DNA of 64,000 nt. Source: Eledone cirrhosa. Taxonomy: Eukaryota. This document shows positions 37,299 through 52,115 of this stretch, in pieces; position 1 is the stretch's first letter, and each line of letters begins with the position of its first letter. The translations under genes and the position numbers were made by a program. The stretch spans positions 406,968,001-407,032,000 of the forward strand of contig OZ024741.1 in NCBI GenBank assembly GCA_964016885.1, written 5' to 3'. The notes beneath the pieces were generated by a model. It was not told where the DNA came from, searched no databases, and saw only the letters and a program-made list of their open reading frames with translations.

Positions 37299-39668
37299 TG
37301 GTGCTGGTGTTACTGGTTGTGCTGCTGTCGTTGTTGGTGGCGGTGGTTGTGCTGGTGATGGTGTTTGGGGTGATAATGGTGTTGGTGGTGTTGGTGGTGA
37401 TGGTGTTGCTGGTGATGGTGTTGATGGTGTTGTTGGTGGTGGTTATGGTTGTGGTGATCATGGTGGTCGTGGTGATGGTTTTGGTGGTGGTGGTGATGAT
37501 GGTGTTGGTGTTGGTGGTATTGCTGAAGGTGGTGTTGGTGGGGATGATGATGTTGGTAGTGTTGGTGGTGTTGGTGGTGTTCGTGTTGGTGATGTTGGTG
37601 GTGATGATGGTGATCGTCTTGGTGGTGATGGTGTAGGTGGTGTTCGTGGTGATGGTGGTGATGTTGCTGGTGATGGTGGTGTTGTTGGTGTTGATGGTGT
37701 TGGTGGTGATGGTGGTGGTGGTGGTGGTAATGGTGTAGATGGTGTAGGTGGTGATGGTGTAGGTGGTGTTGGTGGTGATGGTGTAGATGGTGTAGGTGGT
37801 GATGGTGTTAGTGGTGATGGTGTGGTGATGGTGGTGATGGTGTAGATGGTGTAGGTGGTGATGGTGTAGATGGTGTAGGTGGTGATGGTGGTGATGGTGT
37901 AGGTGGTGATGGTGTTAGTGGTGATGGTGTGGTGATGGTGGTGATGATGTAGATGGTGTAGGTGGTGATGGTGTAGATGGTGTAGGTGGTGATGGTGGTG
38001 ATGGTGTAGGTGGTGATGGTGTAGGTGGTGTAGGTGGTGATGGTGTAGGTGGTGTAGGTGGTGATGGTGTAGGTGGTGTTGGTGGTGATGGTGATGGTGG
38101 TGATGTTGGTGGTGTTGGTGGTGGTGGTGGTGGTGGTGTGGTGGTAGTGGTGGTGGTGATGGTGTAGATGGTGTTGGTGGTGATGGTGGTGTAGGTGGTG
38201 TTGGTGGTGATGGTGGTGTTGGTGGTGTTGGTGGTGATGGTGTTGGTGGTGTTGGTGTAGGTGGTGTAGGTGGTGATGGTGTAGGTGGTATTGGTAGTGA
38301 TGGTGTAGGTGGTGTTGGTGGTGATGGTGTTGGTGTTGTTGGTGGTGTTGGTGGTGGTGTTGGTGGTGGTGGTGATGGTGGTGATGGTGTAGATGGTGTG
38401 GGTGGTGATGGTGTTGGTGGTGTTGGTGGTGGTGGTGTAGATGGTGTTGGTGGTGATGGTGTAGGTGGTGTTGGTGGTGATGGTGTTGATGGTGTAGGTG
38501 GTGTAGGTGGTATTGGTAGTGATGGTGTGGGTGGTATTGGTAGTGATGGTGTAGGTGGTGTTGGTGGTGATGGTGGTGTTGTTGCTGGTGATGGTGTTGG
38601 GTGTGATGGTGGTGGTGGTGGTTTTGGTGGTGGTGGTGATGGTGGTGATGGTGGTGATGGTGTTGGTGGTGATGGTGTAGCTGGTGTTGGAAGTGATGGT
38701 GTAGGTGGTGTTGGTGGTGCTGGTGGTGGTGGTGTTGGTGTGGTGGTGGTGGTGATGGTGTAGATGGTGTAGGTGGTGTTGGTGGTGATGGTGGTGTTGT
38801 TGGTGGTGATGGTGTTGGGTGTGATGGTGGTGGTGGTGGTGATGGTGGTGGTGGTGGTGATGGTGGTGGTGGTGGTGATGGTGGTGGTGGTGGTGAATGG
38901 TGTTGGTGATGATGGTGTAAGTGGTGTTGGTGGTGATGGTGGTGATGGTGTTGGTGGTGTTGGTGGTGTTGGTGGTGATGGTGGTGATGGTGTTGGTGGT
39001 GTTGGTGGTGATGGTGTAAGTGGTGTTGGTGGTGACGGTGTAGGTGGGGTTGGTGGTGACGGTGGTGATGGTGTTGGTGGTGTTGGTGGTGTTGGTGGTG
39101 ATGGTGTAGGTGGTGTTGGTGGTGTTGGTGGTGATGATGGATGTCGTGTTGGTGATGTTGGTGGTGGTGGTGATGGTGTTGGCGGTGTTGTAGGTGATGG
39201 TGGTGATGGTGGTGATGGTGTTGTTGGTGTTGGTGTAGGTGGTATTGGTGGTGTTGGTGGTATTGGTGGTGATGGTGTAGGTGGTGTTGGTGGTGTAGGT
39301 GGTATTGGTGGTGATGGTGTAGGTGGTGTAGGTGGTGATGGTGGTGTTGGTGGTGTTTGTGTTGGTGTTGGTGGTGTTGGTGTTGGTGGTGTTGGTGGTG
39401 TTGGTGTAGGTGGTGTTGGTGGTGTAGGTTGTATTGGTGGTGATGGTGTAAGTGGTGTAGGTGGTGATGGTGGTGTTGATGGTGTTGGTATTGGTGGTGA
39501 TGGTGTAGGTGGTATTGGTGGTGATGGTGTAGGTGGTGTAGGTGGTGTAGGTGGTGTAGGTGGTGTTGGTGTAGGTGGTGTAGGTGGTGTTGGTGGTGAT
39601 GGTGGTATTGGTGGTGTTGGTGGTGTTGGTGTTCGTGTTGATGGTGTAGGTGGTGTTGCTGCTGCTGC
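37299..39668. repeat. 2.4-kb degenerate (GGT/GAT/GTT)n trinucleotide array
   Basis: Direct reading; explains the long T-rich and G-rich pseudo-ORFs. Confidence 0.95.
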
Positions 39669-39942
39669 TTGTAGTGATGTACCCTACATAAGTCTGTATT
39701 TTATATGACAAGTGTATTGTTAGTAACTTAACATCAGTTGTTTAGAAGCTGTGATATAAATAACTTCGCTCTACTTCATATTGCCAACTGTGCAAATTGT
39801 ATTTGGCTGGCCCCTACTAAATTTGGCATCCTTAATAAAGATTTTATAAACCTAAGTACGTTTAGGCTGTGTAAATGAATTTATGCCATTGCATTGATTT
39901 GAAAAACCGGCAGGCACGATCTGCTTTTGGTTGTATTAATAT

Positions 39943-40203
39943 TGGTTTCTTATATAGGCACAAAGCCAGCAATTTTAGGGGAGGAGATGTTGATCAAATC
40001 GACCCCAGTGCCGGACTGGTACTTTATTTTATCGACCCCGTAAGGATGAAAGGCAAAGTTAACCTCGGTGGGATTTGAACTGAGATCATAAAGGGCCGTA
40101 ACTCTTTGCTGCAAAGCATGGCGTCCGACTCTCTATCGATACTGCCAATCCACCACCCTAGCATGGTGTCCGACGCTCTACCGATTCTGCCAATCCACCA
40201 CCC
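39943..40203 (-). mobile_element. SINE family A with duplicated head
   Basis: Full copy plus a second head segment at 40161..40203. Confidence 0.85.
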
Positions 40204-41227
40204 TTGGTTGCATCAATATTGATCTCGATTCCAAAACAAAGATTGACAAATCTTATGTGACCACGTGATAATGACAAACTGGAAGAATCATTAGAAAGTT
40301 GGATAGAATGCTTTGTGGTATTAGTTCCGGCGCTCTACTCTATGAGTTCGAATCCCCCCACGGTCAAATTTGCTTTTCATCCATGCAAGATTTCACAGCC
40401 CTAGCATCACTCCTTCATAGGCTGACCAAGATGCTCTTAAGGAATGAAGAAATGGGGTTTATTTTTCAACATAGTCCCTGGAAAGAAACAATGCAGTTAT
40501 TAGTAAGAAGATTTGAAATAAATGCATTTAAGATTTCACAGCCTTAGCATCATTCCTATGAACTTTTCAGCCGACCTCGTCTATTACTATATTCTATTGA
40601 CCCTCAGTTGACCTCCGTAAGATTTGAACTTGGAGTTATGACAGCCAGAACAAACACATGCAAGATTTCACAGCTCTAGCATCAATTCTTCACCGGTACG
40701 TTGCAATAAAAGATAGGGAAAATCTAGCTAGAAAACTTTTCATCATAGGTTTTATCGAACAGAGTTGCTTTGGTCTAAACAAAAACAACAAAAGCAACAG
40801 CAAGGGTGACAGGCAAGTACCTTCACAATAACAATAACAAAATTAGAGTAACTACCATTGGCAAACGTCCACAAATGTGTAAGGAAAGTCTGTAGTCAAT
40901 TGAATCGGTTATTTTATCCTGGCAAAAATCAGAGCACAGAAGGTTTCAATATCAAAGGATAAGATTTAGATTGGTATCATTTCTGACAGAACAATCTTCC
41001 TGCTATAGAGACAACTTTGTATGACGCAGTCAGGTCCATAACCCCCGCTCTCTATATATATACGTATATATCTATACATATACATCCATATATATATGTG
41101 TAAATTTAAGTTTGAGAAATAAACGTAAGAAGAATGAATATAGTATCTACATTTGCACATAAATAGTCCACTGTAAACACACACACAGGCAGACATACAC
41201 GCAGGCATATATATAGGTATATATATA

Positions 41228-41513
<286 letters not shown>

Positions 41514-42009
41514 AAGTTTTTGTGAATTTTAACATGCTACCTTTTGTAAATATATGTCCTTACATTTTTACAAATTATCTGCTGTTAATGTTTGATATAT
41601 TTATTTATATATGGTATATACAACAAATTAGTTCGACTCATGAATGCAGTGAACGTACGACTGAAACTGACCTTCAAAGATAAATAAAATACCATCTTTA
41701 ACAACTTAGTACGAAGTGTCTAATTGAAACATTCATATTACTATGAACGTATGATTTCATTATCTATTAATTATTCATCCAAAATGTATTACCTTGGAAA
41801 TTACCTCATGTAGATAAACGTATTAAAGATATTTCTACTATCGCACTATCTATTTACCAAACCGGATTATGTTATATACTGTCAGGTATTTAAATAAGTA
41901 TCCAGACGTAGTTGCTCCAGTATATCCTTAGATAAGCTCCGCTCCAGATAGTTTGTTCTGAAAGGTCTTGCAACTGTGACCCTCCTGTCTTTATCTGACT
42001 ATTGCAGGT

Positions 42010-42718
42010 TCTAAGAAAACATGACCAAATCTTTCCGTCCTGTCAAATCCATTAGACGGATCGAGTCTGCCTTGGACCAACACCGCATCCCCTGTTTCCG
42101 TCCCGCTTCACAGCCTAACAGCGGTGCATGGCTCAATTCAGTGCCCTCTTCATCAACCGATACACTCCCATCGGAGTGGCCTAACGCCTCGGCCTCCGCG
42201 TATGTGAACCACATAAATGCCATTATGCGGTGGTCGTCTACAAGTTTGGCCTGCACCGACTATATTGCCACCAGGATGAAGGCCGGTTCCTCCCACATGC
42301 TGCACTCAACGAGATATTGAGTAGGAGCCTGCATGCAGCTGGCTTCCCATCACAAGTGGAGCCAGCAGGCCTCAACCGCGGAGACGGCACGCGCCCCCGA
42401 CGGGATTACCCTCTTCCCATTCAAAGGAAGTAGATACCACATCTGGAATGCCACATGCTCCGCAGAGAAAAGGAAGGCACACAAATACCGGGGTCTCTCC
42501 GGCCGCTTCCTCTTCGCACCCGTCACCGTTCAGACTGCCGAGCTCCTCCCCAATGTCAGCAGCCTCTCGAGGTGGGGTGGCTGTTGCAGCGGGTGTCACT
42601 GGCAATTTTCCGTGGGAATACTTTTGCGGTCTTCTCTGCGGGCTGTAGCCCCCCCCCCACCTTCAATTCGTCTATGAACCTAGCACCCTTTCTTTTCCCT
42701 TCCTTTTTTTGTTTTTAA
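42010..42718 (+). mobile_element. CRE-like (RLE-encoding) non-LTR retrotransposon 3' fragment, degraded
   Basis: Across frames: SGAWLNSVPS, RLGLRVCEPHKC, HAALNEIL, EPAGL.RGDGTRPDG, AE.RK..KY, LLQRVSLAIFRGN. Confidence 0.8.
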
Positions 42719-43144
42719 ATATTTGTAGTGTTTTTCTAATCCATTCATATAGTTACTCATTTAGGGAGATTCTGTTTCTATTTGGCAGTTATTTATACCC
42801 CGTCTAAACTGGTGAATTGGTAGAAACTTTAGAAAGTTGGGTGGACATCTTCTCTATGGTTGTTCTGGTTGTCCGTGCACTGACTTCATATACCGTCAAC
42901 GTCAACTTTGCCTTCATTGTTCGATAAAATAAAACACCCATCAAATACTGGGGAGGGATATAATAGATTTTCCTCTCCCCTCGAATTGCTGGCTTTGTGC
43001 CAACAATGAAATCCTTATTTCCATATCTTCGGCTGTACTCGTGTAATGCCAGCTATGGTGTAGTTTAGGTATCAGTAATTTGGCTATAATGTATCAATTA
43101 GAGGATATTTTTATAATCATTATTAAAATGTAAGATATCAATAA

Positions 43145-43365
43145 GGGCGGTGGATTGGCAGTAACGGTAGAGCGTCGGACACCATGCTTTGCAGCAAAGT
43201 GTTACGGCCCTTTACGATCTGTGTTCAAATACCACCGATGTTATCTTTGTCTATAATTCTTATGGGGTCGATAAAATAAAGTACCAGTGATGCACTGGGA
43301 TCGATTTCATCGACTTTCCATGCCGCACCAAATTGCTGGCCTTGTGCCTATATCAGAAACCATTA
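43145..43365 (+). mobile_element. SINE family A
   Basis: Full length; a degraded copy lies upstream at about 42810..43015. Confidence 0.85.
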
Positions 43366-44458
43366 TATGCAATGTAAACTGATATATCCAGAGTTATATT
43401 CATTGTTTCAAATTAAATTATTCTTGTCTAAGCTCACAAAGAAACATTGGATTGTATATTAGTTTGTATTTCCATCACACTGTCCTCATATAATGTATTT
43501 ACCTCTTAGTTGCCCAGTCTACAGTTTATTCACTGTAAGAAGTGAGTGAAGTAAATAACCAATATTCTTTTAAATAAACACAAACATAAATTTTGTAGAG
43601 AATGTTGAATAGAGCATCTTTTCAATCAACCAGTTAATATAATATCCACTGGTTCTTAGAGCTGTTTGACTAACTAGAAATAAATCAATATCAGAGTTAA
43701 TGTTCGGTTGCAAGTTGATTGAGTCTGCAGAGCGTATAACTAAAGACTTTATAATAATTTCTTTTGATGCTTTTTAACTTCGGAGTTCAAATAATACTGC
43801 GACAATTGCCATTTAAAAAAAAAAACTCTCTCCAGTCATACATATATGCCTGAAACCGTAACTTCTGAGGGAATCGTGGGGGCGCCATATTGACACATGG
43901 CGTTTCTAGGGCATTTTAAAACCTGGTGGAGCCAATCTCCTCTCCTGGTCTCAGTACTGCTGATTTCTTACAGAGAATGTAAGAGAGAGAATGAGAGAAT
44001 GACAGTGAGAAAGGCATAAAGAGGAGACTTTTACCCCAGTAGTAGACTGGTACATTTTTTATCGACTTTAAATGGACGAAAGTGAAGGGTACAATGAATG
44101 GTAGTTGGGAGTCTCTTCTTTGAAAGATTTCTAACTGTAAACCAGTGTCAATAGACGAGTAAAATAGACACACTTGTAGTCATTTAAATGACAATTATTT
44201 AAGCGTTTATATTTTGTTTGTATTACACATCTCTAGTTTCCACACATGCATGTTTAACTTGCATTAAACCGCCATGTGGAGAAAACAGAAGGTTACATCA
44301 ACTCGACGAATGGCTCGTACCTTTGCAACGGATGGGATAAACCAACAGTTGGATATAGTTTAAGGGCCATGTAGGCCATACTTGTATATTGACTCCGTAG
44401 AGAGAGATACGGGGCAAATACCGACTGAAATACCTTTTCTCTCACAATTCCGCTAATA

Positions 44459-44660
44459 TACGAGAGTCGGATGAAATACTCATAGGCTGACAAAGATACT
44501 CTCATCGAATGACCAAATGAGGTTTATTTTTCAAAAGAGTCCCTGGAAAGAAATAATTCAGTTATTAATAAGAAGAGGTGAAATTAATGCAGGCAATATT
44601 TCACAACTCTAGCATCACACCATCTTAGTCGGCCGATGAACTTTTCAGTCGAACTCTATA
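44459..44660. mobile_element. Mariner-type MITE (same family as 7752)
   Basis: TACGAGAGTCGGATGAAA ... TTTTCAGTCGAACTCTATA. Confidence 0.7.
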
Positions 44661-45384
44661 TATCAATGTAATCTATTCCTTTCTTTTGTATTGATCCGTA
44701 GAATTATTATCGGCAGATTTAATCTCGGTAAGATTTGAACCCGGAGTGATGACAGCTGGAACAAATACTGCACCATATTTTGTCCTACGCTCTACCGATT
44801 CTGCTTATTTGCCGCCTTCGGTTATGAATGGCCTGTGATTGTTGAACCGAGATTATTTTCTCAAGTTTTGCTAGTTCGAAGTAGAACGAACGACATTTAC
44901 TTATCAATTGCCATTTTTTCTTTCTATTAAAGAATATGTTAGAAACTCTTCATAAATAATTTGCTGGTATCCTGTATTTTCTAATATGTTTTCTCGGGTA
45001 AAACAGAAATGGTACAATGCGGAAGATTGCGTGGTTTCCCGAATTTTTTCGATGAGATTTTTGACATTTTTCTAAGGAAATTAATCCGGATATTTTAAAA
45101 TATCTAGAAAAATTTACAAGTGAAAGACTATAGGTCGTCAAATCTTACTTATATTTCTCTAAGAACTTTAACCATTTCCGTCTTTATTTCCGAACAGTCA
45201 GTTTAAAGTTTTATCCTCGCAAATATTTCCTTAAACATTCCCATTATTAATTTTCTTTGCCATTTTCGCATTCTTTCTTGTAATCTCTCTTGTAAATTCT
45301 TTCAACATTGCATTGCTCTCTTTCTCCTCCACCTCTTTCTCTCTCACAATATACGTACTACTACGTAAACATACACAAACAGGT

Positions 45385-45454
45385 AAACACACGCACACAC
45401 ATATACACACTCACACATATGCACATACGTACGTAATATATATATATATATATA

Positions 45455-45532
<78 letters not shown>

Positions 45533-45744
45533 AGTGTGTGCGTGTGTGTTTGTTACGCGTATATATATATATGTGTGTGTGTATGTATATGTTTGTATGT
45601 GTATTTCATAATTTCACAATATTTTGCCAATAGAAAGAGAGAGTCGATTTCTAACATAGGTACAAGACGTTAAACCACTTCTACCTAACTCGTCCCTTGG
45701 ACTGAGTGCTCTACCACTACGAATATTACCTTCCAGTGTTCCAC

Positions 45745-45806
<62 letters not shown>

Positions 45807-45833
45807 CTGTGTGCGTTTGTATGTGTATATGTG

Positions 45834-45909
<76 letters not shown>

Positions 45910-46155
45910 TCTGTCTGTCTGTGTGTGGGTGTGTGTGTGTCTATCTGTGTGTGTGTGTGTGTGTGTGTCTGTATGTCTGTCTGTGTGTGTGTGTGTCTAT
46001 CTGTCTGTGTGTGTATGTGTGTGTGTTTCTGTCTGTCTGTCTGTCTTTGTGTATGTGTTTCTGTCTGTGTGTCTGTGTGTGTGTGTGTGTGTCTGTCTGT
46101 CTGTCTGTCTCTGTGTGTGTGTGTGTCTGTCTGTCTGTCTCTGTGTGTGTGTGTC
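45385..46155. repeat. (TA)n/(TG)n/(TGTC)n microsatellites
   Basis: Direct reading. Confidence 0.9.
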
Positions 46156-46334
46156 TTATGTAACACCAATCCTGACTTCATTGTTTACTTCTATTATCTC
46201 CTCTTTCTAATACAACATAGGAGATGTTTCCTTAAACAGATTCTGTTATAATTAAACAACTAATCGTGATTCAAGCTGAAGTCATGGAAAAGAATGCTTG
46301 GTCCTTATAAACCTCTGATAAAGAACAATCTATT

Positions 46335-46640
46335 AACCCTAGTGGTAAAGCTGTTGGACTTTCGATCATAATGTTGTGGGTCCGATTCCCCTGCTAGGTT
46401 GTGTGTTGTGTTTCTTGGGCAAAATACTTTACGTTGCTCCAGTATACTCAGATGAAAATGAGTACCAGCAATAGCTAAGTGTTGTTTAACCCTGCGATGG
46501 ACTGTCATACTGCAATAGCTGGGTGTTTAACCCTGCGATAGATTGGCGCCCTGTCCAGGGGGAACTCCTTTACTCTCAGTCACTTCACGCCATCAAAACG
46601 GGATAAATATTAGCCTGACGATCCTGCAGGCTTGAGACAG
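46335..46640 (+). mobile_element. tRNA-derived SINE with V-domain-like segment
   Basis: tRNA-like head, CTTGGGCAAAATACTTT, CCCTGCGATGGACTG / GGCGCCCTGTCCAGGGG. Confidence 0.6.
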
Positions 46641-46851
46641 ATTTTATATATAAAATACACCTGAAATGATACGGACATCTTTTAAGAAGTTTATATTTAT
46701 CTAAAAACATTTCATCCTAATATTAAAAAAGAACCTTTGTTAGGTTATTCCCCCAAAACAGCCCGGAGGCTCATCAAGCCGAGGCGTCTCCCGGTATCCG
46801 AGGTGTTAAGCTACTGAGAGTACTGTAAAGGAATATCTAAATAACGTAATA

Positions 46852-46926
46852 TATTGGGTTGTAACATAACTTCCCATTGTTATTCTTATTAAGAAGTCTT
46901 ATAACAACGGCGGGAACAACCCAATA
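46852..46926. mobile_element. 75-bp mariner-type mini-MITE
   Basis: TATTGGGTTG ... CAACCCAATA terminal inverted repeat. Confidence 0.6.
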
Positions 46927-47501
46927 GTTTTAGTAACAGAAGATGTGTGACAATCAAAATTTAGGTAGGATGACAATCAGTGTGAAGTGTGACAATTAGT
47001 GTGTAGGATGACAATCAGTGTGAAGTGTGATTAGTTTTAACAAGTTAGCTATAGCGAACAAACAGAACACCAGGCTTTGGAAACATTTTGCTAATGTTAC
47101 TGTATACACACATGTCTCAAATAGTTTAATTATGATTATTATAAATAATTGCTTACAATAAATATACTGCCAAGGTAAAAGACGAGGGCAAGTTAGTTTG
47201 AAGCGTCTTTTGGTCTTTCCTTGTTAATTATGTAGAATTAAGGAAAATCGTATCTCATCCCCTGATGATGAATTTTTATATTAGAAACCCGATTATTGTG
47301 AATATGTATAATTATTCGGATCATATAGACGCTAGATTTCAGGGAAAAGAAACATATATATGTAATACAGGGCTGTATATCTTTTAATATGCTAGAAATC
47401 TGGGAAAAATAACACACCAGGACACATTTAATTGCCTATCTATTTATTTATTTACCTATCTATCTTTCTTACTTTTTGGCTGATTACCCCCCTCTCTCTA
47501 T

Positions 47502-47606
<105 letters not shown>

Positions 47607-47646
47607 TATACATATTAATAAAATAGATGTTCTTTTGATTAATTAC

Positions 47647-47699
47647 ATTTTATTATATATATTTCGGATTTACAACAGTACGTCCTCATCAGACAAAAT
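47647..47699 (-). ncRNA. Type I hammerhead ribozyme in a ~250-bp insert between (TA)n runs
   Basis: ATTTTGT-CTGATGA-GGA...TCC-GAAA-TATATA-TA-ATAAAAT. Confidence 0.85.
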
Positions 47700-47843
47700 A
47701 TAATGATACATGACACCCTGAGATGTTAAGTGGTTAACATTTAATCAAGGTAGTGATTAACCTAAGAGAAAGTTTAACATTTATACCTTAATAATGAGAA
47801 AATGCGAAAACGTAATAAATTCAATAGAGAATGTATGAGTAAG

Positions 47844-47881
<38 letters not shown>

Positions 47882-49155
47882 CGGCGATGAATTAGTTTTG
47901 CGAGGTTTTTTATATGAAATCAGTGAACAAGAACAACAAATCCTGCAGCTACCACCAACATTTGCCATCTACAAAAAGATTAACCCTATGGAGTGCAAAA
48001 TGGAGCTGGAAAAGTGTTTCACAAAAATACGTTGGAATGCAAAAGTAAACAACAACAACAACTATACGGACAACAACAACAACAATAATAACGGTAGTAG
48101 TAATATAAACAATAACTCTGAGTATAGAAATAACAGCCATAACAATAATAATAGCAGGAGAGTGAGAAATAGTAATGATGGTAATAATACTAACGATAGA
48201 CAGAACAACAACAACAACCACAATAATAATAATAATAGAAACATTAACCACAGACACAGCAGCAGCGACCACAGTAGTAGTAACGGTAACAATACGAACA
48301 ACAACAATAATAACCACAGTGGTAATAATGGAAATAATACATGTAGCAACATCAATGATAGACACAACAAAAACAAGAAACATAATAAAAGTAACAACCA
48401 CAATGGTAGAAATAACAGTAACAACAACAATAACGGTGAAGTAAACAAGAATACATCGAGCAATCATAACAATAATAATAATGCTAATGATAGGAACAAA
48501 AACATCCACCATGAGAACAATAATAGCAACACACATAGAGAAACTATTTTTCAACCCAGCTGACAAAACATATAAGATGGGTAATATCTATCCTACGAGA
48601 TTACCCTTTAATAAAAGAGTTTGCATACCACAACAAATAGATGACGAGACAGAGGCACAGTTCACCATAGCTAGAAATAAGATTAGACAAATAGTAGACC
48701 GGTATACTAAGAGACAGAGCAGACCAGAGGCCCAACAACTTGGGAGGAAACCTGTAGAAGGCTTGGTTAGCCTCAAGCAGCGCACAAGGGATGGGGAGGT
48801 AGTATGTCTACCCACGGATAAGTCTGGTAGGATGTCAATAGATAGCATGCCGAACTACATCAAGGCTATGAAACCCCACATCACCAACACGAGCGAAATT
48901 TCACAAAAAATTGCACAACAAACACATGATGGGAGAGAGAAAATCCTCAACGCTCACATGTAAGATGTGGACTGACATCCTAAAGCCAAGCAGACGCACT
49001 GCAAACAACTTCCAGGCGTCTAACAATGCTATACCACCCTGTATGGGCTCCACAAAGACCACAAGACAGTCGACGACCCGACAACAGGACCACCAACAAG
49101 ACCCGTATGCGGAGCTAATATAGCTAGCAACTACAGGATCTCCTACTTCCTCTCA

Positions 49156-50920
49156 ATGGTTATACGCCCCATAATCAAGATGTCCCCAGATGTATGTGAC
49201 AGTACAGAGGACCTCCTCAGCAGAATCAGTGAGTGCAACAAAAACAGGAACCTATCCAACTGCATAATAGGCAGCATGGATGTGGTGTCACTGTACCCAT
49301 CCATTAACATTGATTTTGCTGTGAAAAAATGTGTGGAGATGATCATTGAGAGTGAGGTGGAGTTCTGCGACGTCGACACAGACGAACTGGGCCTCCTACT
49401 TAGACTTACCTACGACACTGGCTACCTAGACAGCCATGACCTTAGACGTTTCTGCCCTAGTAGGCCCATAAGAGGTAGACCCCCTACCATAACCTCAATG
49501 GCAAAAAAGACTCCCATGGGAAGGTTGATTGGGTGGACCAAAGCTATACGGACCTCCCAAAACAGTGATCAGGTAAGAAAAATGGTCGCACATACAATAG
49601 GGGCTCGTATCAAAACTACCCTAAAGGGCCACATATTTAAGTTCAACGAGAAGATCTACAACCAAAATGAGGGAGCAGCCATTGGCGTCAGCATAGCTGG
49701 TGATGTTGCCAACCTTTTCGTGGTATGGTGGGAAAGGAGACTTAAAGATCTCCTTAATGAGAGCTTCATAGACCTCATCATGGACTCTCGTTCTGTAGAC
49801 GATATCAATATAGATATAAGAACATCCCCACTAGAGAGCACTAACAAGTTTGATTTAGAACGTAGCACAATGGAAAGCATCCAGCAGATAGCTAATTCCA
49901 TACACCAGAGTATAACTGTTACTATCGACTTCCCTGCCAAACACCCCAACAATAGACTACCCGTAATAGACACGGAACTCTGGATTAACACTATAGACGA
50001 GAGAGCCCAAATTCTCCACTCACACTATGCTAAACCCATCGCCTCCAAATACCTGATACTCGAAAACTCATCAATGTCCAGTAGTGCTAAGTTTAATATT
50101 CTGATCGCAGATTTGGTACGAGTGATGAAGAATGTGTCCCGCATGTGCGACCCAACAGGATTGGAAAGACACATCCAACACTTCATCAACCGCATGCAGT
50201 TCTCTGGATACAACCAAAGAGACAGAGTCAGAGTATACGAAGCAGCCATGGAGAAGTATAAGACCCTCATAGAACTGGACATGAAAGGAATGTGCCCATT
50301 ATACAGGAACAAATCATGGAATAGCTTAGATAGGGCTAGACATAAGATAGGGAAAGCCACCTCATGGTACGACAAACAGAGATACCAGAGTGTCATGTTT
50401 GTGGACGCTACCCCTGGAGGGAAATTAGCTAACCTTAAAAATTAAGGTGGTAGAAAAGCCAGGAACCACCATAAAATCCCTGATCAGCAAAACCTACTCT
50501 TTTAAGAAAACCCACTGTACTAATAGGAAATGTATCATATGTAAGGTAAACCCCCGGATAAACTGTAAAACTAGAAACGTAGTCTATAGCATAAGATGTA
50601 CAGAGGGTACTTGCAGAAACATGACAACAACATACATAGGTGAGACAGCTCGTGGCATAGGTGAAAGGATAGATCAACACTGGGGGGAACTAAAAGGACG
50701 AAAAAACGGGTCAGTACTATACGAACATGCCAGACAACAACACGACGGTAACATAGACAACATAGAAATTAGAATAATATCTAAACATAGAAATGACCCA
50801 GCAGATAGGCAAATCAGAGAGGCCAGTGAAATAGAACTTAGAAGGCCAAGACTAGACAGAAAGAATGAATGGAAGAGCAACAACACCCAAACAAGCAACA
50901 CTGATCTAAGAGAAGTATAA
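49156..50920 (+). pseudogene. PLE reverse transcriptase-GIY-YIG endonuclease, frameshifted near 50433
   Basis: A deletion relative to 17032..17061 separates RT from EN; catalytic Y changed to S. Confidence 0.88.
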
Positions 50921-51200
50921 ATAAGTAAATAAATAGATAAATAAATAAATACATACATACACAAGCACAATAACAACAAACACATATAAACACACACTAG
51001 TAAACTAAGATAGAATACAATAACCAATACACAGTCACCCAATCACGAACACACATCAAACAAAACACTATACACACACGCAAACGCATGCGCAAAGAAG
51101 ACAAAATAAAATAAACAAACAAGCAAATAAATAAATAAATATATAGACAGACTAAATAAAAATGGCGTAGACATACAATGCAACGGGAGGAAACAATAGC

Positions 51201-51242
51201 ACCACTGACGATGTTGCAGATGTGCAACGAAAGATTTCTGAT
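51201..51242 (+). ncRNA. Hammerhead ribozyme motif in the PLE 3' region
   Basis: ACCA-CTGACGA-tGTTGCA gatg TGCAAC-GAAA-GATT-TC-TGAT; weak stem I. Confidence 0.65.
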
Positions 51243-51443
51243 AAACTAAATATATGTGTTTGTGTCTATATTGTATCTGTATTATTTTTGACCGTCGGTC
51301 AGTCAATGGCAACATTGAGGACCGAATAAATTAGATTACCGATATAAAAGATACAGAAGCGAAAAGCGAAAACCAACCAAACAGTGAGTGTGTTCTGTTA
51401 TTAATTCTGGCAATATTACACAAATATGACCCTCCCCAAGTAT

Positions 51444-51492
<49 letters not shown>

Positions 51493-51493
51493 C

Positions 51494-51566
<73 letters not shown>

Positions 51567-51571
<5 letters not shown>

Positions 51572-52115
51572 TAAAATAACAGATTAAAGTTTAAGCAAAG
51601 AATCGCTTTTAGTCTACAACTTCTGCTATACCATTTACGCGGTTTTGTCTTTGCGCGCTATTGTTCTCCACGCTCCACATATGACTTATTATCTTCGTTT
51701 TTTCGTTCATTGCCAGAGAACATCTCTATGCACCACCTAAGAGAACATTAATCTACGACCTCTTTTATAGCATAAACGTGGTTCTGTCTTTGCGCGTAAT
51801 TGTTTTTCACCGCTCCTATTAATGACGTATTATTCGTTTTTTCCCGTTCTTTGCCAGCGAACGTTTCCACCAACCAAAGTATCGTCTTCCTGTCTTCCTC
51901 CGGTTGCAACGTTTTTTGAAATATCCAGTTCTGCGTTTACAGATTGACTTCGTTAGTTTCAGAAGATCCCGTTAAGGGTGAAAGCAGCGATTCTTTGCTT
52001 AAACTTTAATCTGTTATTTTAATAAATATTTGCTCTACGGTTCTTATATATTTGATATATATTTTCCTTATCGAGCCCTCTTTAGAATTTAGTCTTCAAT
52101 TTTATTATTATTACT
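51567..52115. mobile_element. Family L fold-back element, copy 2
   Basis: Arm 51567..51606 inverted at 51988..52027; right extension is the reverse complement of 22284..22375. Confidence 0.8.

Larger units (their letters stand above)
47881..51449 (+). mobile_element. Penelope-like retroelement, longer copy (N-terminal part, Asn-rich linker, RT, Cys linker, GIY-YIG, HHR-bearing 3' end), inactive
   Basis: ORF pieces 47802..48563, 48481..48963, 49156..50445, 50447..50920; GSMDVVSLYPSI, GAAIG, SVDD (mutated YVDD), NVVY/YIGETAR, R..RE. Confidence 0.93.

Noticed and set aside
37915-39711. 598-aa Thr/His/Pro-rich ORF and overlapping Gly/Val ORFs
   Set aside because: Product of a stop-poor trinucleotide repeat; composition flips with phase slips and there is no domain or splice evidence
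47262-47295. CTGATGA...GAAA possible hammerhead
   Set aside because: No stem I or stem III pairing and a weak stem II
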